Of a DNA stretch of 64,000 nucleotides, positions 55,635 to 63,976 are shown one piece after another. The position numbers and the translations under genes were made by a program. The stretch is taken from sequence record MG592456.1. One strand, written 5' to 3'. Under the pieces are notes generated by a model. It did no database searches, was not told the origin of the DNA, and saw nothing but the letters and a program-made list of their open reading frames with translations. The stretch's first letter is position 1. Every line of letters starts with the position of its first letter.

Positions 55635-56405
55635 ATGAAGAACACTAAAATCACGACCGCTATCGGCCATCGCTTCGGCATGTTCGTTGAATCAATTACT
55701 ACTGGCATTCAAGGCACAGTCGTTGGCATCACCCAGTGTATTGCTGGCTGTGAAATCTTAGAGATTAAAGTCAAGAACGACAAAGGTGCAATGAAGTCAA
55801 ATTATCTTAGCTCTAAGCTAGTTAAGATCATTAACAGTGACAAAGTCGCTGAGTATGAAAAGCTATTTGCGCAAACGAGTCATGACATGCCATTTCGTCT
55901 TGGTGATGTAGTCACTGACACTGTGAGTGAAGTCACTGGTACGATTGGTGAGATTCAATACAGTGTGAACACTGATCCGGGCGTACTTCTAATCAAGAAG
56001 TGGTCTGAAGACGACGTTGAGGTGTATGAAACAGCTCGTGTTATGAGCTGTACATCAACGGGTCAGTCAATTCATGACCAACTGCTTGAAAACCGAAAGA
56101 AACGCGAACGTGGTGAGCTTAAAGTTGAGACGCTTCAACGTGCTCGATGCATGGCAACAGGTGTGACTGGCTTGATTACAAGCGTATTCAATCAAGCATC
56201 TGGTACGATATCAGTTGGGATTCAACCAAAAGGCGCACAAGGAAAGTTGCTTGAGTCTCACTTCACTGACATCGAACTGGTTGAAGTTCTTGAAGAAAAA
56301 ACGAAAGAGAATGTTCAAACGAAAAAGGCACGCAAAAAGCCAAGTGGCTGTGTGCGTTCTCATGAACTCTCATGTATGAAACGCAAAGGAATGCGTGCAG
56401 TGTAA
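55635..56405 (+). CDS. Hypothetical protein with three internal repeats of a small beta domain
   Basis: TTGIQGTVVGI / VSEVTGTIGEI / ATGVTGLITSV. Confidence 0.7.
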   Translation: MKNTKITTAIGHRFGMFVESITTGIQGTVVGITQCIAGCEILEIKVKNDKGAMKSNYLSSKLVKIINSDKVAEYEKLFAQTSHDMPFRLGDVVTDTVSEVTGTIGEIQYSVNTDPGVLLIKKWSEDDVEVYETARVMSCTSTGQSIHDQLLENRKKRERGELKVETLQRARCMATGVTGLITSVFNQASGTISVGIQPKGAQGKLLESHFTDIELVEVLEEKTKENVQTKKARKKPSGCVRSHELSCMKRKGMRAV

Positions 56406-56445
56406 TTAGCGACCTCGTTGGTTACGTCTGCACAGAGGTAATACA

Positions 56446-56910
56446 ATGAAGACTCTACTATTTTTAGCACTACTGATATGTTCAGCAACAGCAACAGCGC
56501 ATTTACACGAAGATTGGGCAACTGTCCATCGTGTAAATGCAAAAACACATGAACTCATTCACACTGCAAGCACTAGCAGCTCAAATCGACTTGCAGTGCT
56601 TACATTGTCGTGTGATAAAACGCTCACTATGCACGAAACACGCACTCACTCTCAAACTCAACAGGTCGAAACGTTCTGGTACTCTGTTGATGGTGAGTTC
56701 TACAAAAAGATCCCGAATGAAAAGACGTTAAACGAGTACAGCACTATTCGGATTCAAAGCAATTCAGATAAAGTCGTTGCTAATCTTGAAGATGGGCGGG
56801 ATCTTCGCGTCCTTGTACGTGGACTCAATGATGGTGAGCACTCATACACCTTCAGCCTACGTGGCATGAACGATGCATACCACACGCTAGGGCTATTATG
56901 TAAGTGGTAA
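56446..56910 (+). CDS. Secreted/periplasmic hypothetical protein
   Basis: Signal peptide MKTLLFLALLICSATATA. Confidence 0.75.
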   Translation: MKTLLFLALLICSATATAHLHEDWATVHRVNAKTHELIHTASTSSSNRLAVLTLSCDKTLTMHETRTHSQTQQVETFWYSVDGEFYKKIPNEKTLNEYSTIRIQSNSDKVVANLEDGRDLRVLVRGLNDGEHSYTFSLRGMNDAYHTLGLLCKW

Positions 56911-56913
56911 CTA

Positions 56914-57426
56914 ATGAAAATTATATTTTTAGATATCGATGGTGTGTTAAATAACGCAATGGATATCGACGAGCACCAAGACGTGATGTTGAATGGCGAG
57001 TATTATGGTTTCTATAGTCCTCGTTGTGTCGACCGACTCAACTCACTGACCGAGAAGACGGGTGCCAGCATTGTGTTAGGCAGTGTCTGGCGCTCCGGTC
57101 TCACCATTGATGAAATCAATGAACTGTTCACGAACATGGGGATCAACGCTAAGTGTATCGGTAAGACGGATGAACTGCACCAACGCTGGGCGTTTCGTGG
57201 TAATGAGATACACAAGTGGATGATCGATAACAAAGAATTGATTGGGTCATACTATGACTTTCGTTCATATGTTATCTTAGACGATGATACTGACATGCTA
57301 ATGTGGCACAATAATAACTATGTTAACTGTGATCCAGAGATTGGTATGACAGACCGCACAGTTTCAAAGGCACAAGCCATACTAAACCATGCGCCATGTC
57401 ACGATGCAGGTCAAGAATTCATTTAA
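56914..57426 (+). CDS. HAD-like 'Swiss Army Knife RNA repair' family phosphatase
   Basis: IIFLDIDGVLN, SVWR, RGNEI..W, YVILDDD. Confidence 0.8.
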   Translation: MKIIFLDIDGVLNNAMDIDEHQDVMLNGEYYGFYSPRCVDRLNSLTEKTGASIVLGSVWRSGLTIDEINELFTNMGINAKCIGKTDELHQRWAFRGNEIHKWMIDNKELIGSYYDFRSYVILDDDTDMLMWHNNNYVNCDPEIGMTDRTVSKAQAILNHAPCHDAGQEFI

Positions 57427-57430
57427 ACTG

Positions 57431-57467
57431 TTTACAACGCAAGACGAGCGTGTGATAATACACGCTC
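57431..57467 (+). promoter_or_regulatory. GTTTA-class promoter with -10 as the loop of an 8-bp inverted repeat
   Basis: (G)TTTACA-17-GATAAT; GAGCGTGT/ACACGCTC. Confidence 0.8.
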
Positions 57468-57498
57468 AAACAATCACTGACAAAATGGGGAGTCCAAT

Positions 57499-58536
57499 AT
57501 GTCAACTAAACAAAACACTGCTATTTTTATCGGAAGATTTCGCCCGTTCCATCGCGGACATCTATCTGCAATCACTCAAGCATTTGCTGAACTCAACCTC
57601 GATCGCATGACGATTCTAGTTGGCTCAAGCAATCGCCATCGCTCACCTAAAAATCCATTCAACTTCGATGAAGTATTCGAAATGATGACTGCATCAATCC
57701 CAAAAGAGCTATTGAACAAGATTCACTTCGCTCCGCTGTCTGATCATGCGAAAGATGATGCATGGGCAGCACAAGTGCGCGAACGTGGTAATCATGCAAC
57801 ACACATCGTCGGCTATGACAAAGACGAGTCGAGCTATTACTTGAAGATGTTCCCTGAAATGAAACTGTTTCAGCCAGTACCGTGGTCGTTACATCACACG
57901 CTGGTGAATGCTACTGACGTACGCAATCTATACTTCGATGACTATCTGTTCAATTGTAATGGTCTAATCAACATGCTACCTCAAGGAACAATTGACTTTC
58001 TTGACAAATGGCGCAGTACTGAGCACTTCGACTTGATGAAAGCTGAGTATGAAAGCTCATTGCGTGAAGTTGAAAAGCTATCTGTGTATCCGTACAAAGA
58101 TCACTTGAACATCGCTTGTGCTGATAACGTTGTGATTTGTGCTGGTCATGTGCTACTCGTTGAGCGTAAGTTCTCACCGGGCAAAGGCTGTTTAGCAATC
58201 CCGGGTGGTCATAAGTCTGAGCATGAAACGTTCTTGACTGCGGCTGTTCGTGAGTTGCAAGAAGAAACAAGCATCAAAGTGCCAGAGAAAGCACTGCGTG
58301 GCTCTGTTGTTGGTGAGAAGATGTTCGATGACCCTAAGCGCTCATTCCCACATACTCGTATCTCAATGGCATATCACTATGATATTAAGCTGAACCCAGA
58401 TGGTACGTTGCCAAAAGTGACTGCTGGTGATGACGCAATGTCTGCACGATGGTACACGTTGAGTGATGTCACTGCTATGCAGTCAAACATATATGACGAT
58501 CACTATCAAATAATTCAGCATTTCACTGGCATTTAG
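57499..58536 (+). CDS. natV: Bifunctional NMN adenylyltransferase / Nudix hydrolase
   Basis: IGRFRPFHRGH, NATDVR, PGG...AAVRELQEET Nudix box. Confidence 0.92.
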   Translation: MSTKQNTAIFIGRFRPFHRGHLSAITQAFAELNLDRMTILVGSSNRHRSPKNPFNFDEVFEMMTASIPKELLNKIHFAPLSDHAKDDAWAAQVRERGNHATHIVGYDKDESSYYLKMFPEMKLFQPVPWSLHHTLVNATDVRNLYFDDYLFNCNGLINMLPQGTIDFLDKWRSTEHFDLMKAEYESSLREVEKLSVYPYKDHLNIACADNVVICAGHVLLVERKFSPGKGCLAIPGGHKSEHETFLTAAVRELQEETSIKVPEKALRGSVVGEKMFDDPKRSFPHTRISMAYHYDIKLNPDGTLPKVTAGDDAMSARWYTLSDVTAMQSNIYDDHYQIIQHFTGI

Positions 58537-58537
58537 G

Positions 58538-58580
58538 TTGCAATCATAAGTCAGTGTGTTAATCTATACACACTGACTTA
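58538..58580 (+). promoter_or_regulatory. sigma70 promoter with -10 in the loop of a 13-bp inverted repeat
   Basis: TTGCAA-16-TAATCT; TAAGTCAGTGTGT/ACACACTGACTTA. Confidence 0.7.
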
Positions 58581-58598
58581 CTGACTACCGAGAACAAT

Positions 58599-58832
58599 AT
58601 GACTATGCAAACTGAATTCGTTGTTATGACTGATGACCAACAATACCTTTACCTTGACATGGGATTTCTCATGTCGTCAATTGATATTCGCCCAAGATGG
58701 GTTCGCTCTACACTCGAAGACGCGAAGAAACTCGTAATTCGATACGAAAAAGCACGAGCGAAGCACTCTGACTTCTATCAAGGTGAGATACACGTTTATG
58801 AAATCATCAAACAAATGAAAAAGGTGGCATAA
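58599..58832 (+). CDS. Hypothetical protein
   Basis: GAGAACAATATG. Confidence 0.65.
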   Translation: MTMQTEFVVMTDDQQYLYLDMGFLMSSIDIRPRWVRSTLEDAKKLVIRYEKARAKHSDFYQGEIHVYEIIKQMKKVA

Positions 58833-58833
58833 T

Positions 58834-59379
58834 ATGACTTCAACTCAAGAAATCTACTCAGTCATCCCAGCACCAATCCTCAAAGACCTGTTTAGTACTT
58901 TCAAACTAGACATCAAAGGCGGCACTCATGGCTTTGCTCATTGGGCACGTGTCATCGACAACGGTCTGTTGTTAGCTAAAACAAATCATGCAAATCGTAA
59001 AGTCATCATCGCATTTGGTCTGTTTCATGACATTTGTCGCGAGAATGACAAAGTAGACCCTGAGCATGGCGCTCGTGGTGCTGCACTGATGCTTAAAATG
59101 CGCAATCTAATCAACTTAACACCAGACGAAATAGCAACTGCTGCTATCGCTTGCATCGGTCATACTAACGGGCAAGTCGACCGTGCTAACGTAACGATTG
59201 GGACGTGTTGGGACGCAGACCGTCTTGACTTATGGCGTGTGGGTGTATTCCCATCAACTGAGTTCATGAGCAATGAAATCAGTGAACCGCTGCTCGACGA
59301 AGCAAGTGATCGAGCTGAAGCAAAACACATGAGTGAATGGGCTATTGAACTCGCTGCTGACTTACATTTGGAATTATAA
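58834..59379 (+). CDS. HD-domain metal-dependent phosphohydrolase
   Basis: HGFAHWARV, FHD, EHG, DADRLD. Confidence 0.85.
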   Translation: MTSTQEIYSVIPAPILKDLFSTFKLDIKGGTHGFAHWARVIDNGLLLAKTNHANRKVIIAFGLFHDICRENDKVDPEHGARGAALMLKMRNLINLTPDEIATAAIACIGHTNGQVDRANVTIGTCWDADRLDLWRVGVFPSTEFMSNEISEPLLDEASDRAEAKHMSEWAIELAADLHLEL

Positions 59380-59380
59380 T

Positions 59381-60001
59381 ATGAATACTTATGCACTTTT
59401 GAGAAAAATGGAAGCCGTCGTCGATAGCTGTGAAACTGAGGCGCAATGTCGTTCAGCACGCAACTATCTCAATCAAGCAATCAAATACATCTATGCGCAA
59501 GACGCAGTGTGGATGTGGCTGCTTGAAGACATTGACCGTCTTGATAATGTACTGACTAACAAGATCACTGAAGTCTCAACAGAGCGTGGTGCTTACACGT
59601 TAGAGACGGGATTGATTAAGCTTGGACTAGACATCCATGGTGTGATTGATCGAGCACCAGAGTTGTTCACGTTGATTAGTCAGTTACCCGTCGAGATTCA
59701 TATCATTACTGGCATTAAAGAAGAACTCGACAAAGAAGTCCCTGAGGGATTGCGTTATGACCATTGGTTTAGCATTCATCAGCAGTGTGAAGACGAAGGG
59801 ATAGACATCACTATCGACGAGAACGGTCGCCCATGGGTTGATGAAGAAGTATGGAACAACAAGAAAGCTGAGTACTGCAAGCGTGAGAACATCACAATGC
59901 TTATAGATGACTCACCGTTCTATGCTCCTACGTTCGTTGGTCATGACACGCTATATCTCCAGTTGACGAACACTATTCGTGACACATGGAGACGCAAATG
60001 A
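59381..60001 (+). CDS. Hypothetical protein with C-terminal HAD-like domain (start re-assigned)
   Basis: LGLDIHGVID, LIDDS. Confidence 0.65.
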   Translation: MNTYALLRKMEAVVDSCETEAQCRSARNYLNQAIKYIYAQDAVWMWLLEDIDRLDNVLTNKITEVSTERGAYTLETGLIKLGLDIHGVIDRAPELFTLISQLPVEIHIITGIKEELDKEVPEGLRYDHWFSIHQQCEDEGIDITIDENGRPWVDEEVWNNKKAEYCKRENITMLIDDSPFYAPTFVGHDTLYLQLTNTIRDTWRRK

Positions 60002-60068
60002 CACAATAAGAGTATTGTGTTATGACTGAATATGAAAATAAAGCGCATATGTATTGCGAGGGAGAGAT

Positions 60069-60386
60069 ATGAAACAAACACCAGATGCGTTCAGCAAGTA
60101 TTGTGTTGAGATCACAGCACGCTTTCAAGTAAGCTTTGGCGGGGATACTGAGTGGAAGCGCAATGTTGAAAGGCAATACAGCGATGAACTTGATGAACTG
60201 CACGACTTTGAGTACCGTCGAAACTGCGATACAACAGTCGAGTATTTTATGCAGACAGTTGAGTTAGTACCAACCATTGTGCGTACTCCCGTCGACTCTA
60301 GTGGACATACTGAAGCGATGCGTAAAGAAATCGAAAAGACGATTCGATACGAGAAGTACCTTGAAATGAAAAAAGAGTTCGAATAA
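60069..60386 (+). CDS. Hypothetical protein
   Basis: GAGGGAGAG RBS. Confidence 0.7.
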   Translation: MKQTPDAFSKYCVEITARFQVSFGGDTEWKRNVERQYSDELDELHDFEYRRNCDTTVEYFMQTVELVPTIVRTPVDSSGHTEAMRKEIEKTIRYEKYLEMKKEFE

Positions 60387-60388
60387 TG

Positions 60389-60427
60389 AAAAAAGGGTTG
60401 ACATCAGTCAGCCCTTTTCTGTATCAT
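60389..60427 (+). terminator. Terminator containing the -35 of the next promoter
   Basis: AAAAGGGTTGAC-ATCA-GTCAGCCCTTTT; TTGACA-18-TATCAT; TATCGAAAC leader. Confidence 0.8.
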
Positions 60428-60456
60428 TCTCTTATCGAAACAAAACAGAGAATATT

Positions 60457-60651
60457 ATGACATCAGTAGAATGGAAACTTTGGTTAGACAGCGGCACGCT
60501 TAGTCAAGTTGGTAAGTCTCATGCGTTTGATGAAGACACGGGCAAGACAATGTGTGGTCGTGAAGTCCCTCGCAATGCAGAAGCAGATTATGGTAGCTTC
60601 TCAATCAACTGCAAAGCATGTCAAAAAGCTATTGCTAAACGTGACCTATAA
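60457..60651 (+). CDS. Small zinc-ribbon-like protein
   Basis: SH..MCG..CKAC. Confidence 0.65.
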   Translation: MTSVEWKLWLDSGTLSQVGKSHAFDEDTGKTMCGREVPRNAEADYGSFSINCKACQKAIAKRDL

Positions 60652-60659
60652 GGATTATT

Positions 60660-60974
60660 ATGTTCTTAACAACTATGTTAGTCGTCGCACTCGCGGCAAT
60701 CGCGTATGAACGTTATCAAGCACATTTGAAATACAAACGTCTCGTGGAAACTGTATTCGACTTACGTCATGAGTTGAGGGATGCCAATGAACGATGCATC
60801 GAGTATATCCGTGCTCAGGTTACTCATGACGCTGAACAAGCAGAATGGCTTGAGCAAGCCGCACAAGCAAATGATGAAATCAATGCACTGACTGAAGCAC
60901 TCAACGAATCAGAGAAGCTTATTCGCAAACTCGAACATGAACTTGACCGGGAGCCAAACACTAATGAATATTAA
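60660..60974 (+). CDS. TM-anchored coiled-coil protein
   Basis: AAGGA RBS. Confidence 0.7.
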   Translation: MFLTTMLVVALAAIAYERYQAHLKYKRLVETVFDLRHELRDANERCIEYIRAQVTHDAEQAEWLEQAAQANDEINALTEALNESEKLIRKLEHELDREPNTNEY

Positions 60975-61380
60975 CAATGACGTGAAAATTATCCTCAAAG
61001 GTCTTGGCGCAATCGTGCTGTTTGTAACACTAATGTGGCAAGCACTAGGCTTCTTCATGCCGAAAGCACAAGACGGCGATGACTATTACATCATTGACCA
61101 TAACTATGGCACAGTTCAGTCAATCGCTAACTGTCAATCAGGCAGGCATTCTTATCGATGTGATGTGACAACTGACCGTTCGCAGTATCGTCTTGACCTA
61201 AGCCGATGGCCACATGATACTGTCAGTATTGGCGATAAACTACGTTATAGCACTATCGTGTATGAAGAACGTGGAACGTATAGCACTCGCAACTGTAATG
61301 AAAACTACTGCACCGGTGTCGGTACATGCTCATGGGCAATGCCATGCTGGGACAAACGACCTATTCAACGGGATCACTAA
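60964..61380 (+). CDS. Membrane protein with Cys-rich exterior domain (start re-assigned)
   Basis: TM plus six Cys. Confidence 0.7.
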   Translation: MNINNDVKIILKGLGAIVLFVTLMWQALGFFMPKAQDGDDYYIIDHNYGTVQSIANCQSGRHSYRCDVTTDRSQYRLDLSRWPHDTVSIGDKLRYSTIVYEERGTYSTRNCNENYCTGVGTCSWAMPCWDKRPIQRDH

Positions 61381-61820
61381 TGAATATTGAAGAATACAAC
61401 GCAATGATCAATCTAATCGATAACAACGTCAGGCGCATAGGCGAGGCTATTGCTAAACATGTGTTTGACTTGAATGGAAGCACCATGCTTGCAATGCGAG
61501 ATACGCCCATCAAGTATGACAGCTATCAGTATTCCACCGATGATGGTACTATCGTGATGACATTCGCTACCAACGGCAGCGACCACACATACGATATTAA
61601 TATCGTGAACGTGCTAACTGATGAATCAGTCGAACAACAGATTGCATTCTTGAACATACTCGCTGGCGTGAGACGTGATCGAATGGTCGAACACATTAAC
61701 CAAGCGATGAAGTCTAAAATAAATCCATCAGTCGCTAACTGTACTAAATGTGGCGGCAAAGGGTTCTTGACCACACCCACTGGATGTTATATCAAAAGCT
61801 GCCCTTGCAGAAGGAAATAA
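61380..61820 (+). CDS. Hypothetical protein with C-terminal CTKCGGKG zinc motif (start re-assigned)
   Basis: TAATG coupling. Confidence 0.7.
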   Translation: MNIEEYNAMINLIDNNVRRIGEAIAKHVFDLNGSTMLAMRDTPIKYDSYQYSTDDGTIVMTFATNGSDHTYDINIVNVLTDESVEQQIAFLNILAGVRRDRMVEHINQAMKSKINPSVANCTKCGGKGFLTTPTGCYIKSCPCRRK

Positions 61821-61821
61821 A

Positions 61822-62097
61822 ATGAACAGTAAAAAAATAATGACAGCGTATCAAGACATGCAAATGAACATATTTGCTATCGTTGCTATCAAATTAGAAA
61901 AGCAACATGGTATCAACAAACGCAAATTCGATCACGTCACATCATTTGAATACAACACAAACACGAAGGAATTCGAAGTCACGTGTCAGTGTCTTGTAAG
62001 AGAGAACAGACACGAGTTGATCACTGTCTATGTCAATCACCCAGAACTCGATCGCTATGTCAATCAACAACAACTGTATCTGGTGACTAATGGATGA
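61822..62097 (+). CDS. Hypothetical protein
   Basis: AAGGA RBS. Confidence 0.65.
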   Translation: MNSKKIMTAYQDMQMNIFAIVAIKLEKQHGINKRKFDHVTSFEYNTNTKEFEVTCQCLVRENRHELITVYVNHPELDRYVNQQQLYLVTNG

Positions 62098-62230
62098 TCT
62101 ACGTTGCAGTAGCTGCCAGACTCATGTAGCATGGATGTCTGACTGTGGCCCACATGGCTATGTGATGTGTGACGAATGTTACGCATGGGAACAAGAACAA
62201 GAAGCAGAGGAAGATGATGAACATAGTTGA
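62090..62230 (+). CDS. 46-aa zinc-finger microprotein with acidic tail (not in ORF track)
   Basis: MDDLRCSSCQTHVAWMSDCGPHGYVMCDECYAWEQEQEAEEDDEHS. Confidence 0.6.
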   Translation: MDDLRCSSCQTHVAWMSDCGPHGYVMCDECYAWEQEQEAEEDDEHS

Positions 62231-62429
62231 AATCGTTGCAGCTCATGAACGACTGCGACTCGCTGTGCTTGAACTCGCAAATCAACGAATTGAATCGTAC
62301 GAGCACGCTGAAAGCTTCACTATGGACGAAGACCACGAATGGTTTCTCGTTAAAGTGTATTACCTTAATCGCCATTTACGTAACATAACCGTTACCTTTC
62401 AATCAATCGAAGCAAGGATGAACAAATGA
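62214..62429 (+). CDS. Hypothetical protein (start re-assigned)
   Basis: GAGG RBS. Confidence 0.65.
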   Translation: MMNIVEIVAAHERLRLAVLELANQRIESYEHAESFTMDEDHEWFLVKVYYLNRHLRNITVTFQSIEARMNK

Positions 62430-62647
62430 ACTTACTTCAAGTAATCGAACTCAATGAAAAGATTCTCAATACTGTGTATGATATCGCTGCACATCATATT
62501 AGCCCTGCTGAATACATTGAAGATATATTATGGGACGAAGACAAATATAATGTCGTAATCGCAGACGATCCGTTTGACGGCTGCCCACCCGAGACACGTG
62601 TACTCGTAATCTCTCTTGAACAAGTCGAAAGGGAAATTGAACTATGA
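62426..62647 (+). CDS. Hypothetical protein
   Basis: AAGGA RBS; N-terminus resembles preceding gene. Confidence 0.65.
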   Translation: MNLLQVIELNEKILNTVYDIAAHHISPAEYIEDILWDEDKYNVVIADDPFDGCPPETRVLVISLEQVEREIEL

Positions 62648-62829
62648 CAAAGAACTTACCTTCCTACCTGCAACATCTAACTGTCGTCGACGGCAATAAA
62701 GTTATTGTCTCGTGTCACATGGACGACTGTCTGTTGCGCGAGTGGTTGAATACAAGCAAAACAAAGTTCACCACACACAGCCCATTCGGGAACACGTGTG
62801 TTACATTCACTATTAAATGGAAAAGCTAA
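62644..62829 (+). CDS. Hypothetical protein
   Basis: ATGA overlap. Confidence 0.55.
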   Translation: MTKNLPSYLQHLTVVDGNKVIVSCHMDDCLLREWLNTSKTKFTTHSPFGNTCVTFTIKWKS

Positions 62830-63389
62830 TGGAAAAGCTAATCAACTGGAAAGACGCAAGCAACTTAGGGCTGATGTATCGCATCAACAATGAAATACTA
62901 CACCCACTCGGGTTTGCAGTGAGTCGTAACGAAGATGGATCAAGCTCAGGGTTATTACAGAACGTGACCATGAACGAACCAATCTCTTACGATGAACATG
63001 TTCACTCGAAGTACAGCACGAATGTAATGGATAACTTACTGAAGAGCGAAACATCTATTCGCACACAAATCGGTAAGATGTTCGACCTGCCTGAACTATG
63101 GCACAATCTAGCTAATGAAACAAACGCAAGACTGTTTATCAACTCACAAGCATGTAGTGTCGATGAACTCACACCAGAATTCCTTGCTAGCATACGTGAG
63201 TTTACATATGCAGATACCGACCAAAACATCATCAACGGCGAATGCTACTCATGTGATGTCTATGGCACATCAGCATGGCTAAGCAAAGACAAACAGTACT
63301 TGTTGTTCGTTGCAGACGGATGCGGCAATCGCGATATGTATATCTTCCGTACCGCAAACATCGTAACAGAAGATTTAGAACAACACTAA
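62829..63389 (+). CDS. Hypothetical protein (alternative start 62817 from a 12-bp duplication)
   Basis: ATGGAAAAGCTA x2; TAATG coupling. Confidence 0.7.
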   Translation: MEKLINWKDASNLGLMYRINNEILHPLGFAVSRNEDGSSSGLLQNVTMNEPISYDEHVHSKYSTNVMDNLLKSETSIRTQIGKMFDLPELWHNLANETNARLFINSQACSVDELTPEFLASIREFTYADTDQNIINGECYSCDVYGTSAWLSKDKQYLLFVADGCGNRDMYIFRTANIVTEDLEQH

Positions 63390-63394
63390 AACGC

Positions 63395-63423
63395 TTGACT
63401 CCCCTCCCAAACAATGTAATAAT
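63395..63423 (+). promoter_or_regulatory. sigma70 early promoter
   Basis: TTGACT-17-AATAAT with TG extension; GTCGAAAC leader. Confidence 0.7.
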
Positions 63424-63453
63424 CTCTCTTGTCGAAACACAAGAGAGAATATT

Positions 63454-63681
63454 ATGCATATCACATTACTATCAACACTCGTTATTGCTATCATCTTATT
63501 AGCAATGACCCAACTTAACTTACGCTCAAGCGACGAATTAGAAGCGTTGACTGATGAGATCCACCCAACCACAATTCGTCCAATGACATTACTCGTTATC
63601 GCATTAGCAATGCAAGTCGGTCTAACGTGTATCATCTTCTTACTCGAAACAAAAATCGAAACACTAATGGGAATGAACTAA
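63454..63681 (+). CDS. Small membrane protein
   Basis: GAGAGAATATTATG; two hydrophobic segments. Confidence 0.7.
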   Translation: MHITLLSTLVIAIILLAMTQLNLRSSDELEALTDEIHPTTIRPMTLLVIALAMQVGLTCIIFLLETKIETLMGMN

Positions 63682-63842
63682 TGGAACATATCACTGGCAG
63701 CTTAATCATCATCACGCTAATTGTATTGGCACTGGCATTCAATCACGTCAAAACATACATGAGCAAATTCGTATATGAATTGACTATGGCTCTTCTAGTA
63801 GGCTGTCAACTCGGACTAACCATCAGAGTACTAATGTCATGA
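63681..63842 (+). CDS. Small two-TM membrane protein (start re-assigned)
   Basis: TAATG coupling. Confidence 0.6.
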   Translation: MEHITGSLIIITLIVLALAFNHVKTYMSKFVYELTMALLVGCQLGLTIRVLMS

Positions 63843-63976
63843 CCTATCTGACCATCCTCTTTATACTAACTCTATTCTGTCTCGTCATCGGCACAGTCAA
63901 TATAATCGTTATCCTGCTAATGACTAAAGAAGAAAAGAAAATTCACTTAAACCTAGACTTAGAGGAAAACTCATGA
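63839..63976 (+). CDS. 45-aa single-TM protein (not in ORF track)
   Basis: ATGA overlaps; MTYLTILFILTLFCLVIGTVNIIVILLMTKEEKKIHLNLDLEENS. Confidence 0.6.
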   Translation: MTYLTILFILTLFCLVIGTVNIIVILLMTKEEKKIHLNLDLEENS

